Source: the human T2T-CHM13v2.0 reference genome, Homo sapiens
Length of the DNA stretch: 64,000 nt
Assembly (NCBI RefSeq): GCF_009914755.1
Contig: NC_060941.1
Strand: one strand, 5' to 3'
Shown: positions 46,880-60,621 of the stretch, piece after piece
How the letters are laid out: each line of letters begins with the position of its first letter
Numbering within the stretch: the stretch's first letter is position 1
Notes under the pieces: generated by a model
What the model was told of the DNA's origin: nothing
Seen by the model: the letters and a program-made list of their open reading frames with translations, nothing else
Database searches by the model: none
Position numbers and translations under genes: made by a program

Positions 46880-47404
46880 CATGGGTCCTCATGGATCCAC
46901 CTGGACGATGGACTCCTCCTTACCTGGAGGCTTCTCCTGCCAGGATGCCCACTTCTTGCCTCTATTTCACTGCTTACCCGCTCCCATCTGCCTCTGACAC
47001 CCGAAACATTCTGGAATTGCTTGTCCGCTGGTGTCAGCCATTCCCCTTCCTAAGTGGCCATGGGTTTGTTTCCTTGCATAATGACACTGACATTTCCCTG
47101 AAAGTTGGAAGAGAAGGGGAGAGGAGGCGTGTGATGGACCCGCCACCTTGAATGGAAAGCCTTAAATTACTTCTCAAATAAAAAGGCTTCAAAAATCAAT
47201 GACAAACTGGTGAAATACCAAATTTAACACACACTGATTTAAATTGCCTTTGTCTTCAACGTATAAACAGATGGGAAGCTTTTCGAGGATTGCATTTTAT
47301 ATTTCTATATCTCCTCATATTTTATAGGACTGAAGGGGCCCTTGGAGATCATTCTGCCTGTATCCATGAGGAGACCAGATCTCTGAGCAGTGAGCTCTTA
47401 ACTG

Positions 47405-47650
47405 ACTGTGGAGAAGCCCTTCAGTTCTGGAGTAAGATCCGTCCCACTTGAATTGTAGCTTTTACGCTGACTGCGAGATTTTGAGCAAGTACTGATTTCT
47501 CTAAGAGCCATTCTCTAATCTATAAAATGACGTATTAATGGAACATGCATAATAGAATTGTTATGAGGATAGAATGAGATTATGCATGTAAAGTGTTCAG
47601 TACCATGCTGCACCTAACACATATTGCTGTTATCATTAATTATTATTACC
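47405..47650 (+). mobile_element. MIR
   Basis: TTGAGCAAGT..TCTATAAAATG..GTTATGAGGAT..ATGAGATTATGCATGTAAAGTG. Confidence 0.7.
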
Positions 47651-48499
47651 AAGCAGGTTTAGACTACTAGTGTACCCAATGAACTTTTTTTTATGGTAAA
47701 TGATCATCTAATTTGTTATCTGTTCACTTTGTGACATTATAAGTGATTAAAGTTGTATAAGGGAAATGAGAAAAGAAATTTAATTTTGTTAGGAAGAAAG
47801 ATTAAGAGAAAAAAATTACTGCTACAATGAGGTAAATGGAATAAAAAAGAAAGAAACTGTGAGCAGAGTCCATGTGAGCAGTCCTCACAATCCATATGCA
47901 TTTGTTTGTTTCGCCTAAGCATTTTGGTGCCTTTGTAAATGCGAATTATTAAGAACAACTTTCAAATGTTTGACAATAGCAGAACTTGGAATTAAGATTG
48001 TAAGGAACTAGATGGATGCAGATACACAGCGTTTTAGAGCAGTTGGATGGAAGAAAGAGAAATATTAGGAAGCATTTTACCTTTCAACATGGGACTCGAT
48101 AATAGTGTAATTACACAAACAGCCTTCTGAGCACAGAAAGCAAAACAAACAAAACTTATGAGTGGGAAACAAAAAGAAGCCTTAGGACAACCATAAATGA
48201 GATAATGCAATGGAAGGAGAGAAGAAGCTGTTGGAGCCAAGATGGAGAGCGGGGTCTTGGGACTGGACACATTTAACCTCAATGTCCAAACCCAAAGATC
48301 AATTCTATAGTTATGATTCAGGGGCTGTGGGAGTGGTTGTGGGGAAAAGATACCAGATTCCCTCTTCTCAGTGTTGTATTCATTTTACAGGGTCTCTCTG
48401 TTGAGTGTCTGTTTTTCCCATTTGTTTGACCAACACAGGCAGGGAATGAGTAAGCTCCTCCTGGCGTACATTGTCCCGTTTACTGGGTCAGTGTTTACA

Positions 48500-48790
48500 T
48501 TCACAACACACCACCCTATATGAGGTGCTCTTTTGGTTAACCCCACACAGCTGCTAATTAGCAGGTCACTTGCGGGTTAGAGGTGTGCTTGTGTTGTGCT
48601 TCTTGGCTGGCTGTTGTGTTATTATAACAACTGTAAATGCCATATGCAGCTGCCATACGGGCTGTGCTCAGAAGGCTGTTTGTATAATTACAGGCATTAG
48701 CCAGAGATGGAGCCTGCCAGCTGACATTCAAGAGGCAATAATAACTTAATTTCCCTCACAGCAAATTGGCTCTCTAATAGGGAATTTAGT
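48500..48790. promoter_or_regulatory. Candidate developmental enhancer (E-box and homeodomain site cluster)
   Basis: Non-repeat sequence with CAGCTG x3, CATATG, CAACTG and TAATTA x2, including the 14-bp palindrome CTGCTAATTAGCAG. Confidence 0.35.
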
Positions 48791-49078
48791 TATTCTCTGG
48801 ACTTAGGGATGGCTTGAGAATTCCAGCGAGCACATTTTAGTCCAGTTATTATGATCAGGGGCAGGGTAAGCCCACTCATAACCAAGTCAGTTTCCTGCCC
48901 TAAGATCCACTAAGAGGTGCAATCACTTCATATTATAACATAACTCTTTATTTCCAAAGGAAAATAATATATGTATGTAAATAAATATATATATATAATA
49001 TACTTCAAAGAATACAAAGGCATTCCAAAGGTAAGATGTCTAAATATACAGGCGTGTGTTTGTGTGTGTGTTTGTATA

Positions 49079-49401
49079 CAGTTGTCTCTTGGTATCCAGG
49101 ACCTCCCCTGATACCAAAATCAGTGGATGCTCCTCAAGTCTCTTATGTACAATGTTGTAGCATTTGCATGTAACCTTTGCATGTGCTCTCTAACACTTTA
49201 AATCACTTCTAGATTACTTATAATACCTAATACAATGTAAATGCTATGTAAATAGTTGCTGTACTATATTGTTTAGGGAATAATGACAAGAAAAGGAAGA
49301 CTGTACTTTTTTTTGCTACAGAAATAATTTTTTTTGGAATATTTTCAATCCAAATTCATTGATCAAATTTCTGGATGTAGAACACATGGATATGAAGGGC
49401 C

Positions 49402-49406
<5 letters not shown>
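49079..49406. mobile_element. MER2 (TcMar-Tigger)
   Basis: TA|CAGTTGTCTCTTGGTATCC ... GGATATGAAGGGCCAACTG TIRs; internal CTAGATTACTTATAATACCTAATACAATGTAAATGCTATG. Confidence 0.9.

Positions 49407-49448
<42 letters not shown>
49405..49448. repeat. (TG)22 microsatellite
   Basis: Read directly; it extends from the MER2 TIR end. Confidence 0.95.
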
Positions 49449-49451
<3 letters not shown>

Positions 49452-50959
49452 TATTCAGGGAAATAAAACTTCAATTGGCTTCAGTGAGGGATTTGTCACA
49501 ATAAGTACAACTTTAAAGGTGCCATGAAAGGTTGTTGCCCACCTAATGTCTTAGTAGTGAGCACAGTTCAGAAAATTCTGTCTGTGTTTGGAATTGAATC
49601 AATTTGAAATTCATCTGGGAAGATACTGCGACTGTAGCTGCACTGTGTCTTTGCTCATGTTTTCTCTCAGATAAAATATTTTTCCTTCCATTCTCCATCC
49701 AACAAGCACTAGTGAAAATTCCATTTCCTCTGTGATAGCTTTCTTTCTCCTCCTTTTTCTACCTCCAGAGAGATAAAAAGATCATATGATCTTTCTTTTT
49801 GGTATTTTTTAGTACAATCATTAAAACATTTTATGTCTCTTATAATTATTTGTGCCCAGGTCTGTCCCTAAGTGTTGACCGGGAGACTTTTCTAACAGCA
49901 TCTGTTTCTTACCCATCTTTGTAACACCTATGATGTTTTTCCCCCAGCAGGTGCTAAAAGAAATTGTTAAAATGATTTAAATATGTACATGTATGTATAT
50001 ATATAAAATATATAATGATAATCATTCTGCATTTTAAAATTTGCATAGAATTTCAATTACATGGCAAGGACAGAAATTGTTTTAAAAAGTATATGGATTT
50101 GATTTATTTAAAAATAAAACCTACTTTTTGTGCAATATGTATAAATATATTTTATTAAATACATATATGTTGTATAATATTAATATTTCATATGTTTGTA
50201 TCTATATATTTATACATATATTTATTCCTATACACATTCCTAATCATATTTATTCATATCCATATCTATGATTTGGCTATTCTGTGCAATTTAAATAAGA
50301 TTATAAAACTTTTAATGATCTAGAAAGATGTGATATCCTCTGAAATGACAAAAGAAAGTTACAAAACATTACACACACTATGAATATAGCTTTGTATTAA
50401 AATAATCTAGTAATAAATGTTTGTGCACCAAAAGTCTAGAAAGATAAGCATAAATGATAATATTGTGTGTTTCTATGTGGTGGGATTTAAATTGCTTTTT
50501 ATTTTGCTAACTGTATTTTGTAAAATGTCTACAATGTGTATATAATGCTTTTGCATTCAGAAAGAAATTATTATTGATATATAATTTGATTAATAGAGTC
50601 CCAAAATTCCATATGAAGAAAAATTTTAGCATATCTAAATTCTCTTTAAAATTATTTCCAGGCCATAAGTGTTAGTTTTCTATGCTTAATGAACAGGCTT
50701 AATTTATTTTCTATATATTAATACCTCAGGGTTGAGGCAGGTGGTGTGTTTCAGAGCTCACAGGTGCAACAGGGGGTAGGGGTAGAAAGTCAATATATTT
50801 TGAAGAGAAAATGCTGGCACTGGAGTTAGAGCAATATTAAATGAAGCACGGGCTTTGTGTGTTTAGCTATGTGTTTATTTCTTGTTTATTTTGTAAGAGG
50901 GTCAAACTTAGATTAAACACTGTCAAAGGAACAATCAGCTAAAGCTTGATGGGCTTATA

Positions 50960-51160
50960 CCACATTTCAGACAATGCTGTTCATACTGATATAGGGTCTC
51001 TTTTAATCTTTATAGCTACCCTTTAAAGTAGGCTTTTACAAAATAATTGTATCCATTTTACAGAAGAGAAAATTCAGGCCAAAATTAGACAATTTTCCCA
51101 TGTCATAGTTGTGGAGCTAGAACTCAAAACCAGTCTATTTGACTCTATAGCCCAGGCTAT
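50960..51160 (-). mobile_element. MIR
   Basis: ATCCATTTTACAGAAGAGAAAATTCAGGC...GAACTCAAAACCAG..TTTGACTC. Confidence 0.65.
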
Positions 51161-51789
51161 GTTTGCCTTCCAAATGGCAAATATTTGTGAGTAAAGGGCT
51201 TCAGTGTATTTTGGTGTTGTAGTTCTTTATGTTTTGCTCTCAAGCTTGATTTTATATATTATGTCATGAGCAAAGGCTGTACTGAGTGCAGTGGATGGGT
51301 TTAGTGTCCTTACCCACATCCTCTTCTCAGGGCCAGTGGTACTCAGGGGAATCCCCTTGTCAGGAGATTGCATCCTCCCTCCTCACCCCAGTGGCAGAGA
51401 AGGAAGGCAACCAGAGGCAAATGATTGACATGGGAGCATGAGGTGGGCACTTACTAAGTTCTTACATTGTTCTAATGGTGTTTTGAGCCAATTCTCTAGT
51501 ATGTTTCAAGAGTACAATCATATCATATACTATGAGTGGTAAGTTTACCTCCTCTTTCCCAATGGTTTCACCTCTAATTTCTTACAGTTGGTTAATAATA
51601 TTGGCCGGTGCCTCCAGAAAGAGGAAAAAAACAAATGTCCATGATCACTATTAATGAACATTCTTCAATTGTCCCTAATTTCCATAGAAATCCTTCAAGT
51701 ATTTTTTAATGAAGTAGGAGGCTGGCTTCTAGATTGAGATAGATGTATTTTTTGCATCTATGCATCTCTTTGTTTTATTAATTTATTAA

Positions 51790-52510
51790 AACAACGGAAT
51801 TACTAAATTGCAAAGGTAGGGGAATCAACTCATCTTAAAAGTTGGTTAAAAAAAGGGAGAGAATCAACCATTCATTGTGTGTTTCCCTATTTGATCTGTG
51901 CCGTGGGTTGTTAATTATCAGGTGAGAGAAAACATCTCTTTTCAAAGTATTTCAGCTGATTCATGAAAAAAAGAAATGACAGAATTAGATTATTGGTGTT
52001 TTGCAATCTCCAATGAATTAATGGATCTAAGCATTGGGCATCAATGACTGAACATTGTAAGGAGAGAAAGAACTAGATATTACATGTCTTCTGATGGGAG
52101 ACCACAATCCCACCTTTATCTTGCTGAAGTATCAAACCCAAGTCTGATCAAACCATTAGATCTAGATGCTAATGTGCAGGAAATACGGAGGACAGAGGGC
52201 TATGTTAAATTGTACCATGAGTGTGCAATCTGTAAAATTCAGACTGTGGGAATATCCATGTGGCTTATGTTTCTCAAACAGATAAATTGTAAGAAAAATA
52301 AAAGAATAAAAGGGGAACTTGTCAATTAAAAGAAACTTAACAGGCGTACCACGTTTTTTTAAGTTTGCAAGTATGGTAAAATGTATAGATATACACTTGA
52401 TAATAAAGCAATACAGAAGTGCAAGGAGGAATTACTCTAAAGGTTAGGACGGTAATACTTTTATGGGGAGGGATAGGCTTATAATTGAGATAGAACACAT
52501 GAATTTGTGA
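51790..52510 (+). mobile_element. L1ME3-like 3'UTR fragment
   Basis: GAAATGACAGAATTAGA..CCAATGAATTAATGGATCTA..TCTGATCAAACC..TAGATCTA. Confidence 0.55.
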
Positions 52511-52617
52511 ATTTGTTGAGGACTTGGTCTGGTGAATATTCAAAGCAGCCAGCTTTACAAAGCTAAGATTACCAGGAAGATAGTTATTTAGGAAGCAAAG
52601 CAAATGCATCTTTGGCA

Positions 52618-52823
52618 CAGCAGGTTGCTGGCAAACCAGCTTTCTGATAAAGGAAGACCTGATTTGTAGCATCTTGCTCATTTTTATGATGTAAACACTC
52701 CAACCATGGCCTTTTTCAAGCTACCAAGGAGATGTCACTAAACGTGGAGATGGGAGATGTGTTTATGTATTCATCCATCTGACATTTCACTGGCTTGTGA
52801 AAGCCAGTTCCAGGAGACTGCTG
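52618..52823. mobile_element. MER63A (hAT)
   Basis: CCTGATTTGTAGC..GTAAACACTCCAACCATGGCC..TTCAAGCTACCAA..GTCACT. Confidence 0.75.
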
Positions 52824-53666
52824 AGAAAATGGTCACCGAAGATAAAGCCCATGATCTTCCACCTTTGCACTTGTGGGGTTTATTGAAATATGTTTTTATG
52901 AACATAAACTTTGCTCTGTTTTGATCAACACTCAACGTAAGATAAATGACCTTTGTAAGAATCAAGCCGGGGGATCAGCGGACCCTTGATCCTTTGCTTC
53001 CTTTGTCCTTTGCATTAAGAGATGCCCACCCTTCTACTGGAAGAGGGCCAAGAGTATTTCTGAACCCTGGTCTTATGTTGTAATGAAAAAATTCTTAGAA
53101 GAAAGTGTAGAGGATGAAGCTGAGCTGGTAAATAATTTAGGATGCCTGAGTTACTGAAGGGCATGGGGAGAGATGGCTAGGAAGTGAGATGCTGGTGACT
53201 TGAAGGATTAAATAATATCTGCCTTTGGGTGATATGAGGGTGGAAAATAGAAGGAATGCAGCAAAACTCCAAAAGTCTCTATGTGCTACCCTGTGGATTA
53301 AGCCAATGTATACCTTTCAGGGAAATCAAATTTTCTGGCTTAATGACTTTTGAAAACTGATTTAGAAGACATGAAATATTAATACAGCCTCCCCGGGCGT
53401 CTCCAGGCTTTCAGGGCACTGAGACAGCTCATGAAGCAAAGTTTCTCCAGAATTGCTGTATTGCTGTTTCCAAGGTCACCAGAAGCTGGGAATCTGGCTC
53501 TGCCTCTGAATCACTTAAAATCCAGCTTCCTGGTCCCTACTCCAGAACTACCAGATCAAAGGATTATCGGAGCAGGGCCTGAAAATACCTATTTTCCAAA
53601 AAAACTCTCCCATGGGTTCTTAGATAACCAGTCCAGAAATTGGCATTTTGGAAAAGCAAAGAAAGT

Positions 53667-54010
53667 GGTAAAACCCTTAGAAACATTAAATTTAACAGAG
53701 TTTAATTGAGTAAAAAACCATTCACAAATCGGGCAGTCCCTGAAGCAGAATAGATTCAGAGAGGCTTCAATCCTGCTGTGTGGTTGATTTATAGACAGAA
53801 ACAGCCAGGCTGGTTACAGCTCAGCGTTTGCCTTATTTGTACAGGGTTTGAACAGCTGGCTGCCTGTGATTGGCCAAAGCTCAGTGATTGGCCCAAGAGT
53901 AGGTTACAGTTGGTTTACATTCCCAGTTAGGTTAGTGTTCAGTATGTACAGATAAACTTTTAGGCTGGGCATAAAATGTAGAAAGAGGCAGCTTTGGACT
54001 ACCTTAGTAG
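53667..54010 (-). mobile_element. MER57B-like solo LTR (ERV1)
   Basis: AAATTTAACAGAGTTTAATTGAG..GCGTTTGCCTTATTTG..GTGATTGGCC..AGAGTAGGTTACAG..GAGGCAGCTTTGG. Retains two CCAAT boxes. Confidence 0.8.
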
Positions 54011-54149
54011 AAGTACTAACAGCTCATAGAAACATATTTTGGGGCAGAAAACATGGCAGGAAGGAGGAAGGACTGGAGTGAAAAAGAGAGGACAAAAGGA
54101 GCAACTATTTGCCATAAAGCTCAAAATGTGGTCCAGGGACTCAGCCTGT

Positions 54150-54500
54150 GGTTCAGCGTCTCTGGCGCCCTTTCCCACGCGGATGACATCTCTTTGTCTC
54201 TGGTCTGCACCATTCTAACTTCACGTTGAGTTTTTCTAACCACATATATCCAGATCTAAGATAAATATTTCTAGCAAGACTCTGCTACCACTCCTGGGCC
54301 CTGACACTTTCACAGGGGATAAGCGATTTAAAGCAGCCATTAATCTTGAATTATGGACCGTCAGACGTAGCGTGCACAGGGGCAGCGGGGGTCGCGGACT
54401 TGACTCAGGGACTCTCTCTGAGATGGTAAAATCACACCTCATAAATGCTCTTCTGTGAACAAAATGTGCCTTTCCTAACACTAAGGAAAATCAGGTAAGG
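54150..54500 (+). promoter_or_regulatory. CpG-enriched non-repeat segment; candidate promoter/first exon or enhancer
   Basis: About 12 CpGs in 54157-54396. GATAAG 54318, TTTAAA 54327, AP-1 TGACTCA 54401-54407, strong donor CAG|GTAAGG at 54494/54495. Confidence 0.3.
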
Positions 54501-54955
54501 AGTGACAACAACACAGTGAAGAAACTTTTTCTCTCAGTTCCCATTAGACCGAAGTTTCACCTTGTTCATTTCACTGAAGGAAATGCAGTGTGTTAAGTCT
54601 CCAGCCCTGTTCCTTGCCGACCTTAAACCCTCGGTACAGGAGAATTGCCTTCCCATTCTCTGTGAATCCAGTGGACACTCAGAAAACATGAACAGTCTGC
54701 AGCTGCTTCAAGAACAAGATCCGGGAATATAAATATGCAATATACTTCAGTACTTGAATTTTGCTTCCGAGTCAAAGGGGGACTGTGGAGTTGAGTCTCT
54801 AACTTCAATAACTGCGGAGGATCTCACTGAAGTACTCGAATGAGTGCAGGGCTTTCCACACTGTCCTCTATTTTAATATCATAGAACTGTGGAGAGTTGT
54901 GGTTAAGAGCACAGGTTTTGGAATCAGAAGGTGCTGAATTTGAATCTTGACTTGA

Positions 54956-55312
<357 letters not shown>

Positions 55313-55591
55313 TAATTTAAGCAGAGTTCTTTGTACTTTTCCCCAGTAACAGTAATTGCTGTTTACATGTTATTGCCTTCTAAATGTGCTCCTAGTACTC
55401 CACCATATATAAACTAGAAGGAAGAAAAATCTATCCTTACCATCTTATTTTGAAAACCAGGTGATTAGAGGCTGTTAGTCACAAATTGATGGTATCATTC
55501 TTTGCAGTATCATATGCTATTACACGATTCTTTCTTCAAAATTATGTTCTTGCGTTATTTACATATTTAGTCAATTACTGTGTCTCTGTGA

Positions 55592-55631
55592 GTGTGTGTG
55601 TGTGTGTGTGTATGTGTGTGTGTGTGTGTGT
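55592..55631. repeat. Imperfect (GT)n microsatellite
   Basis: Read directly. Confidence 0.9.
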
Positions 55632-57184
55632 TACATGAATAACTGAGGGGTCTGATTTTCTGTGTCCCGTATCTGTAAGGGGAAAACATTGCAGACAGCC
55701 TGTCATTTTAACAAATCTCCCTGGCGATATTTTTACACATTAAAGTTCCAGAGTCTTTCTGAATTCTCTTCTTTTATGTATTCATTCATCTGACAACTAT
55801 AAACTGAGTGCCAACTTTGTCCCAAAAGTCGAAAGGGTTAAATATTGCCGAGAGTGTCCAAGTTCATTTAGGCTATTCTCTAACCCTCAGAAACCTTGAC
55901 TTTATTGCTCAGGAGATAAAACCACTTCCTTCACCCTGTGGCCACAGTAGCATTCTCTTTGGCAGGCACATATGAAACCATGACAGCGGGAAGGGACTCA
56001 TGTCTGCTTGAAACAATGACTATTTCAGTGTGGATAGACATTAAGGTGTGCTGGACCAGGCCTCAGGGAGGAACACAGTCTTGAGAAATGAGCCTGGAAA
56101 AGGTGGGTAGAGGGCAGATTGTAAATAACCATTCTGATTTAGACAGTGCCACCGTGTGTCTGGCACTTTCCTTTACAAATGTTATTTTATTTAATCAGCA
56201 TAACATATAGGTATTATTATAACCTGACATTAGCACATCAAGAGTCTACTTTTAACTCCAGCCAGGGCAAAGAAACTTGGAAAACAGAAGCATTCCCATC
56301 AGGCAGCCATGCTGGGCAGCAGAAAACTGTGCAAAGCGAAATGCAGATCCAAAGTCTGAAGTGTCAATTGTATTTCTAACAATTGCATATGGACTTCATT
56401 AGCCGGCTAAATGGTACCTATTTTAGCATCCCGCCAGCTGGAGGGATTTCCAGTAGGAAACGTGAGAAGGGAATAAGTCTAGGAATCTCAGGTTCCCCAG
56501 GGCCTTCTGGAATTCATACAGATGAAGCAAGATAAGGTCAGCTCTAACCTCCCTTCCCTTCTTCCTGCACCCTCTTCATAGTTAGCTCATGAATGAGTAA
56601 GAGCAGAGCACCTGTATCTGTCTCTAGGAAGCCGGGGCTGCTTTTCTCGCATCCCTTTGGGCCTCTGAGGCTGAGTTCCCCTCCGGGATGGTAGGCAGAA
56701 GGAGAAAGAATTCGTTCAGCACCAGCTCTCTGTGGGAAACTTGTATCTCTTTGACATGAGGATTCTTTATTATATGCTTCCTATTACATCTTTAGCAGAG
56801 CTTTGTGTTGGCTTTTCCCATAGGTTAAATATAATGATGGGTAACCTAATCCTGAAGGTAACAGAATAATCTTAGAGGACACAAGGCTCTATTTAATTCT
56901 TGCCAAATGACAGAATATACCCAAACTTTGAACAGGTCCCTACAGAACTCCAATAAGTTTTTGTGTCTTGCCGAGCTTGGAGCCAGCGTCTTCCCTTTCT
57001 ATTCTTTTTCCCACTCCCAGGCAGGATCTGATTTCACACCAATTGGTCTGTAAGAGGATAATGGTATCACAGTTCAAGACAGGCAACCATGTAGAATTGT
57101 TTTATATGCTTCTGATACTCAAGAAGTTTCAGTGGCCTGGGCTTGGTCTCAGTTTTCAAGGAGAGTCAATTCCAGGGCAGAAGA

Positions 57185-57400
57185 CACTGTGGCAAAGTAG
57201 AAAAAACACAGGTTTTGGTATCAGGTTGACATGGGTTGGAAACACAACTCAGTCTCTTGTTAGCTATGATCTTCGTCAGTTTCTGGGCCACAGTTTTTTA
57301 ATTAGTAAAATGATGATAAAGACATACCTAGCTAGTAGAAATTATGCAGGAAAAAAATTAAGGAAATGTATAGAACGCCATTTAGCGGCGGAGGTGGAAC
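57185..57400 (+). mobile_element. MIR
   Basis: ACAGGTTTTGGTATCAG..TAGCTATGATCTT..CAGTTTTTTAATTAGTAAAATG. Confidence 0.65.
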
Positions 57401-57584
57401 ATCTTTTCACACGTGGGTTCATCTTTAAGATCATTTGAAAATAGAGTGTTGTCCAATCAATTCTTCCCATACTTGGGATTGCAGCTCTGTTCTGCACAGT
57501 CAACAATCATTGTGTTTGACATTGGAAGAGTAGGAGGTAATAATTTTGATATGTTTGGAGACAGATTTTCTACCTGAACACTTT

Positions 57585-57606
57585 CTCTCTTTCTCTCTCT
57601 CTATGA

Positions 57607-57645
<39 letters not shown>

Positions 57646-57720
57646 TATCTGTGTGTGTATATATATGTACACACATACATATATACATATATGCACACAC
57701 ACATATACACATACATATAT
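57585..57720. repeat. Compound (CT)/(TA)/(CA) microsatellite
   Basis: Read directly. Confidence 0.9.
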
Positions 57721-58290
57721 ATTTTACTGAGGGCCTTTTATATATAGTGAAATAGACATTGTTTTAGGTGCTGAGGGTTTATGCAAATAAGAAAAGCACA
57801 GTCCCTGTCCTCAAGGAACTTACAGACTGATAGGGGAGCTGAGTGCTACAGAGGTGGTGATAGACGGCAGGTGCTTGGGCTGCAGTGGTTGACAGAGGAG
57901 GCTGAAGTCAATTCTGTCAGCAATGGGAAAGAGTCAGGAGAGGCATCAAAGAGAAAGTAACTCTTGAGCTAAGACTTGAGGGTGATTTGCTGTTTTAAAG
58001 AAAGACAATCAATGACAGCAAGTTCTAAACAGAGAGAGCTGCTTGGGCAAATCAATGAAACTGCCTAGGCAGATCAGGAAATAGTTAAAAGTTCACAGTG
58101 GCAGGAGCATAGAGCAGGAGAGAGTCCACAGGTGAGGTTGAGAGTTGTCCTGGGACCAGGTTCTGAAGGGTTTACAGAACAACTTAAAAATTAGACTGGT
58201 CCCAAGTTATGGAATAAACAGAATTTTCTCTGTAAGGAAGTGGGATAATTATATTTCCAATTTAGGAAATTACTTTGGCTGTAATAATGA
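57720..58290 (-). mobile_element. L2 fragment
   Basis: TTTACTGAG..GTTTTAGGTGCTG..CAGTCCCTGTCCTCAAGGAACTTACAG. Confidence 0.7.
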
Positions 58291-58309
58291 AGAGCACCTC
58301 TTAGAAGTT

Positions 58310-59060
58310 AAGTTGTCTGATTCACATTTTCTGCTTGGGGTTTGTAGTATTTCTTGTGTCTTTGGCTTGAAGTTTTTCATCCAGTTTGGGACATTCTTAG
58401 CCATTATCTTTGTGAATATTACATCTGCTTCATTCTCCCTCTGTTTTTTTTCTGTAAATTTTATCATGTGCCATACGTCTCTTAGAATCTTTTCCAAATT
58501 TTTCTTCCGTCTTTCTTTCTGTGATTATGTAATCATTGATGTTATCTGTTTTTGTAAATAAAGCTTTATTGGAACCCAGCTATGCCCACTCATTTGTTTA
58601 TTGTGAATGGCAGCTTTTTGAGTCCAATCAGAGGTGAATAGTTTCAACAGTGACTGTCTGGCTACAAAGCCTAAAACATTTACTATCTGGACCAGAAAAA
58701 GTTTCCTGATCTCTGGGCTGATCTATTGTTAAGCAATCTACTGTGTTCTTTGTTTCAATTATCCTTTTGTTAAGCTATGCAATTTCTAGTTGATTCTTTT
58801 TGTTTCTAGTTCTTTGCTTAAATTCTCCTTCTTTGAATTTTTAAACATATTAATCAATTACAACTATTTTTAAATGTATGTCTGAATAACACCAATCTCT
58901 TTTGGGCATCTCTTCTTGGTTTGTACTGACATTTTTTTCTTCTCTTGTGTTTTGGCCTTTTTGTGCCTGGTCCTCTGGTGTAATGCTTATTAAATTGTGA
59001 CTGGTTTATGATATATTCCAGGGTAATTTTGAAGCTTTTGTCTAGATGAGATTTTTTTTT
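58310..59060 (-). mobile_element. Old L1M ORF1-region fragment, split by MER58A
   Basis: The minus-strand ORF 58270-58497 (IFTKIMAKNVPNWMK..KTQEILQTPSR) resembles L1 ORF1p IIQENFPNL..QIQEIQRTP. Confidence 0.65.
58546..58716. mobile_element. MER58A (hAT-Charlie)
   Basis: TTTTTGTAAATAAAG.TTTATTGGAAC.CAGC..GCCTAAAACATTTACTATCTGG. Confidence 0.85.
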
Positions 59061-59071
59061 AGTTTAGATAG

Positions 59072-59356
<285 letters not shown>

Positions 59357-60260
59357 CGAAATATAAAGGACTATTTTGCATACAAATAAAGACCCTGAAT
59401 CATACATTTGGTTGAACAAGGTGCTTACAAGATCAGAATGTAAAATACTTGCAGATAGGAGACCCAGTAGGATTGGCTTTTTTAGAAGCAATTTCAGAGC
59501 CATTCCTACTACAAAAACAGTGGTCCTCCACATTGTAGAGTAGTGAACATTGCACCTAAGATTTGTAAGGAAGTGGCATAAGGTCATCATGGAAAATAGC
59601 GGGGAGTGATCAAGACCTGGGAGTGACTGCTACCATATTTGAGCCCAAGAAGACAGTTCTCCTTAAAACCTGTCACATAGGAACAGAGCAGAAAGCTGCA
59701 GTGATGGTCATGGCTCAGGGAGATATCTCTAGAAAGTCAAATTCTTTAATGCAGTATAAAGAAAACCATACACTCCCAGAATGAAATACTATCTTCTGCT
59801 TAAATTCTTCTGTCACCTGACCTAGTAGTGACCTCACTGTGTGTTCTGTGATGTCAATTACGCTGCAGCCTGAGACTCAGTCAAACGGAGCCCCATCTCA
59901 CATATGCTCAACCTGAGTGTCCCTACTTGTCCAAACCCCTTATCGATTTGATTCTCCATGAGTATGGCTGAAAATCATAGATTGAGAGCTGGAAAGCATC
60001 ACCATCACCATTTTCCTCTCCTCTTTCTCCTCTTTCCCCAAAGAGCCCTGAACACACATACTCTTTGAACACAAAGAGTGAACTTCCAGGGAAAGAAAGG
60101 ACAGAATAAATATGTATCCTATTTGATATTTAGGGGAGGAAGAAGAGGTGCAACTGTTTATCCTGGCCATTAGCATGGGAAAGTCTATATCTTTATATAT
60201 TTCTTAATGTAGAGTTTATTCTTCCCAACTTATTTGGGTTCTCCTTCTTAAGAATTTCTG

Positions 60261-60572
60261 GGCCAGGTGCGGTGGCTCATGCCTGTAATCCCGGCACTGT
60301 GGGAGGCCAAGGTGGGGGGATTGCCTCAGCTCAGGAGTTCAAGACCAGCCTGGGCAACACGGTAAAACCCCGTCTCTACTAAAATACAAAAAATTAGCCA
60401 GGTGTGGCGGCATGCACCTGTACTTCCAGCTACTTGGGAGGCTGAGGCAGGAGAATTGCTTAAACCCAGGAGGCGGAGGTTGCAGTGAACCAAGATCACG
60501 CGGCTTCACTCTAGCCTGGGCGACGGAGCGAGACTCCCTCTTAAAAAAAAAAAAAAAAGAGAGAGAGAGAAA
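60261..60572 (+). mobile_element. AluS
   Basis: Full dimer with TSD AAGAATTTCT at 60250-60259 and 60573-60582. Confidence 0.92.
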
Positions 60573-60582
60573 AAGAATTTCT

Positions 60583-60584
<2 letters not shown>

Positions 60585-60620
<36 letters not shown>
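60585..60620. repeat. (GT)18 microsatellite
   Basis: Read directly. Confidence 0.95.

Positions 60621-60621
<1 letters not shown>

Noticed and set aside
54372-54390. CTCF site (GCACAGGGGCAGC)
   Set aside because: Spacing does not fit the CCASYAGRKGGC core.
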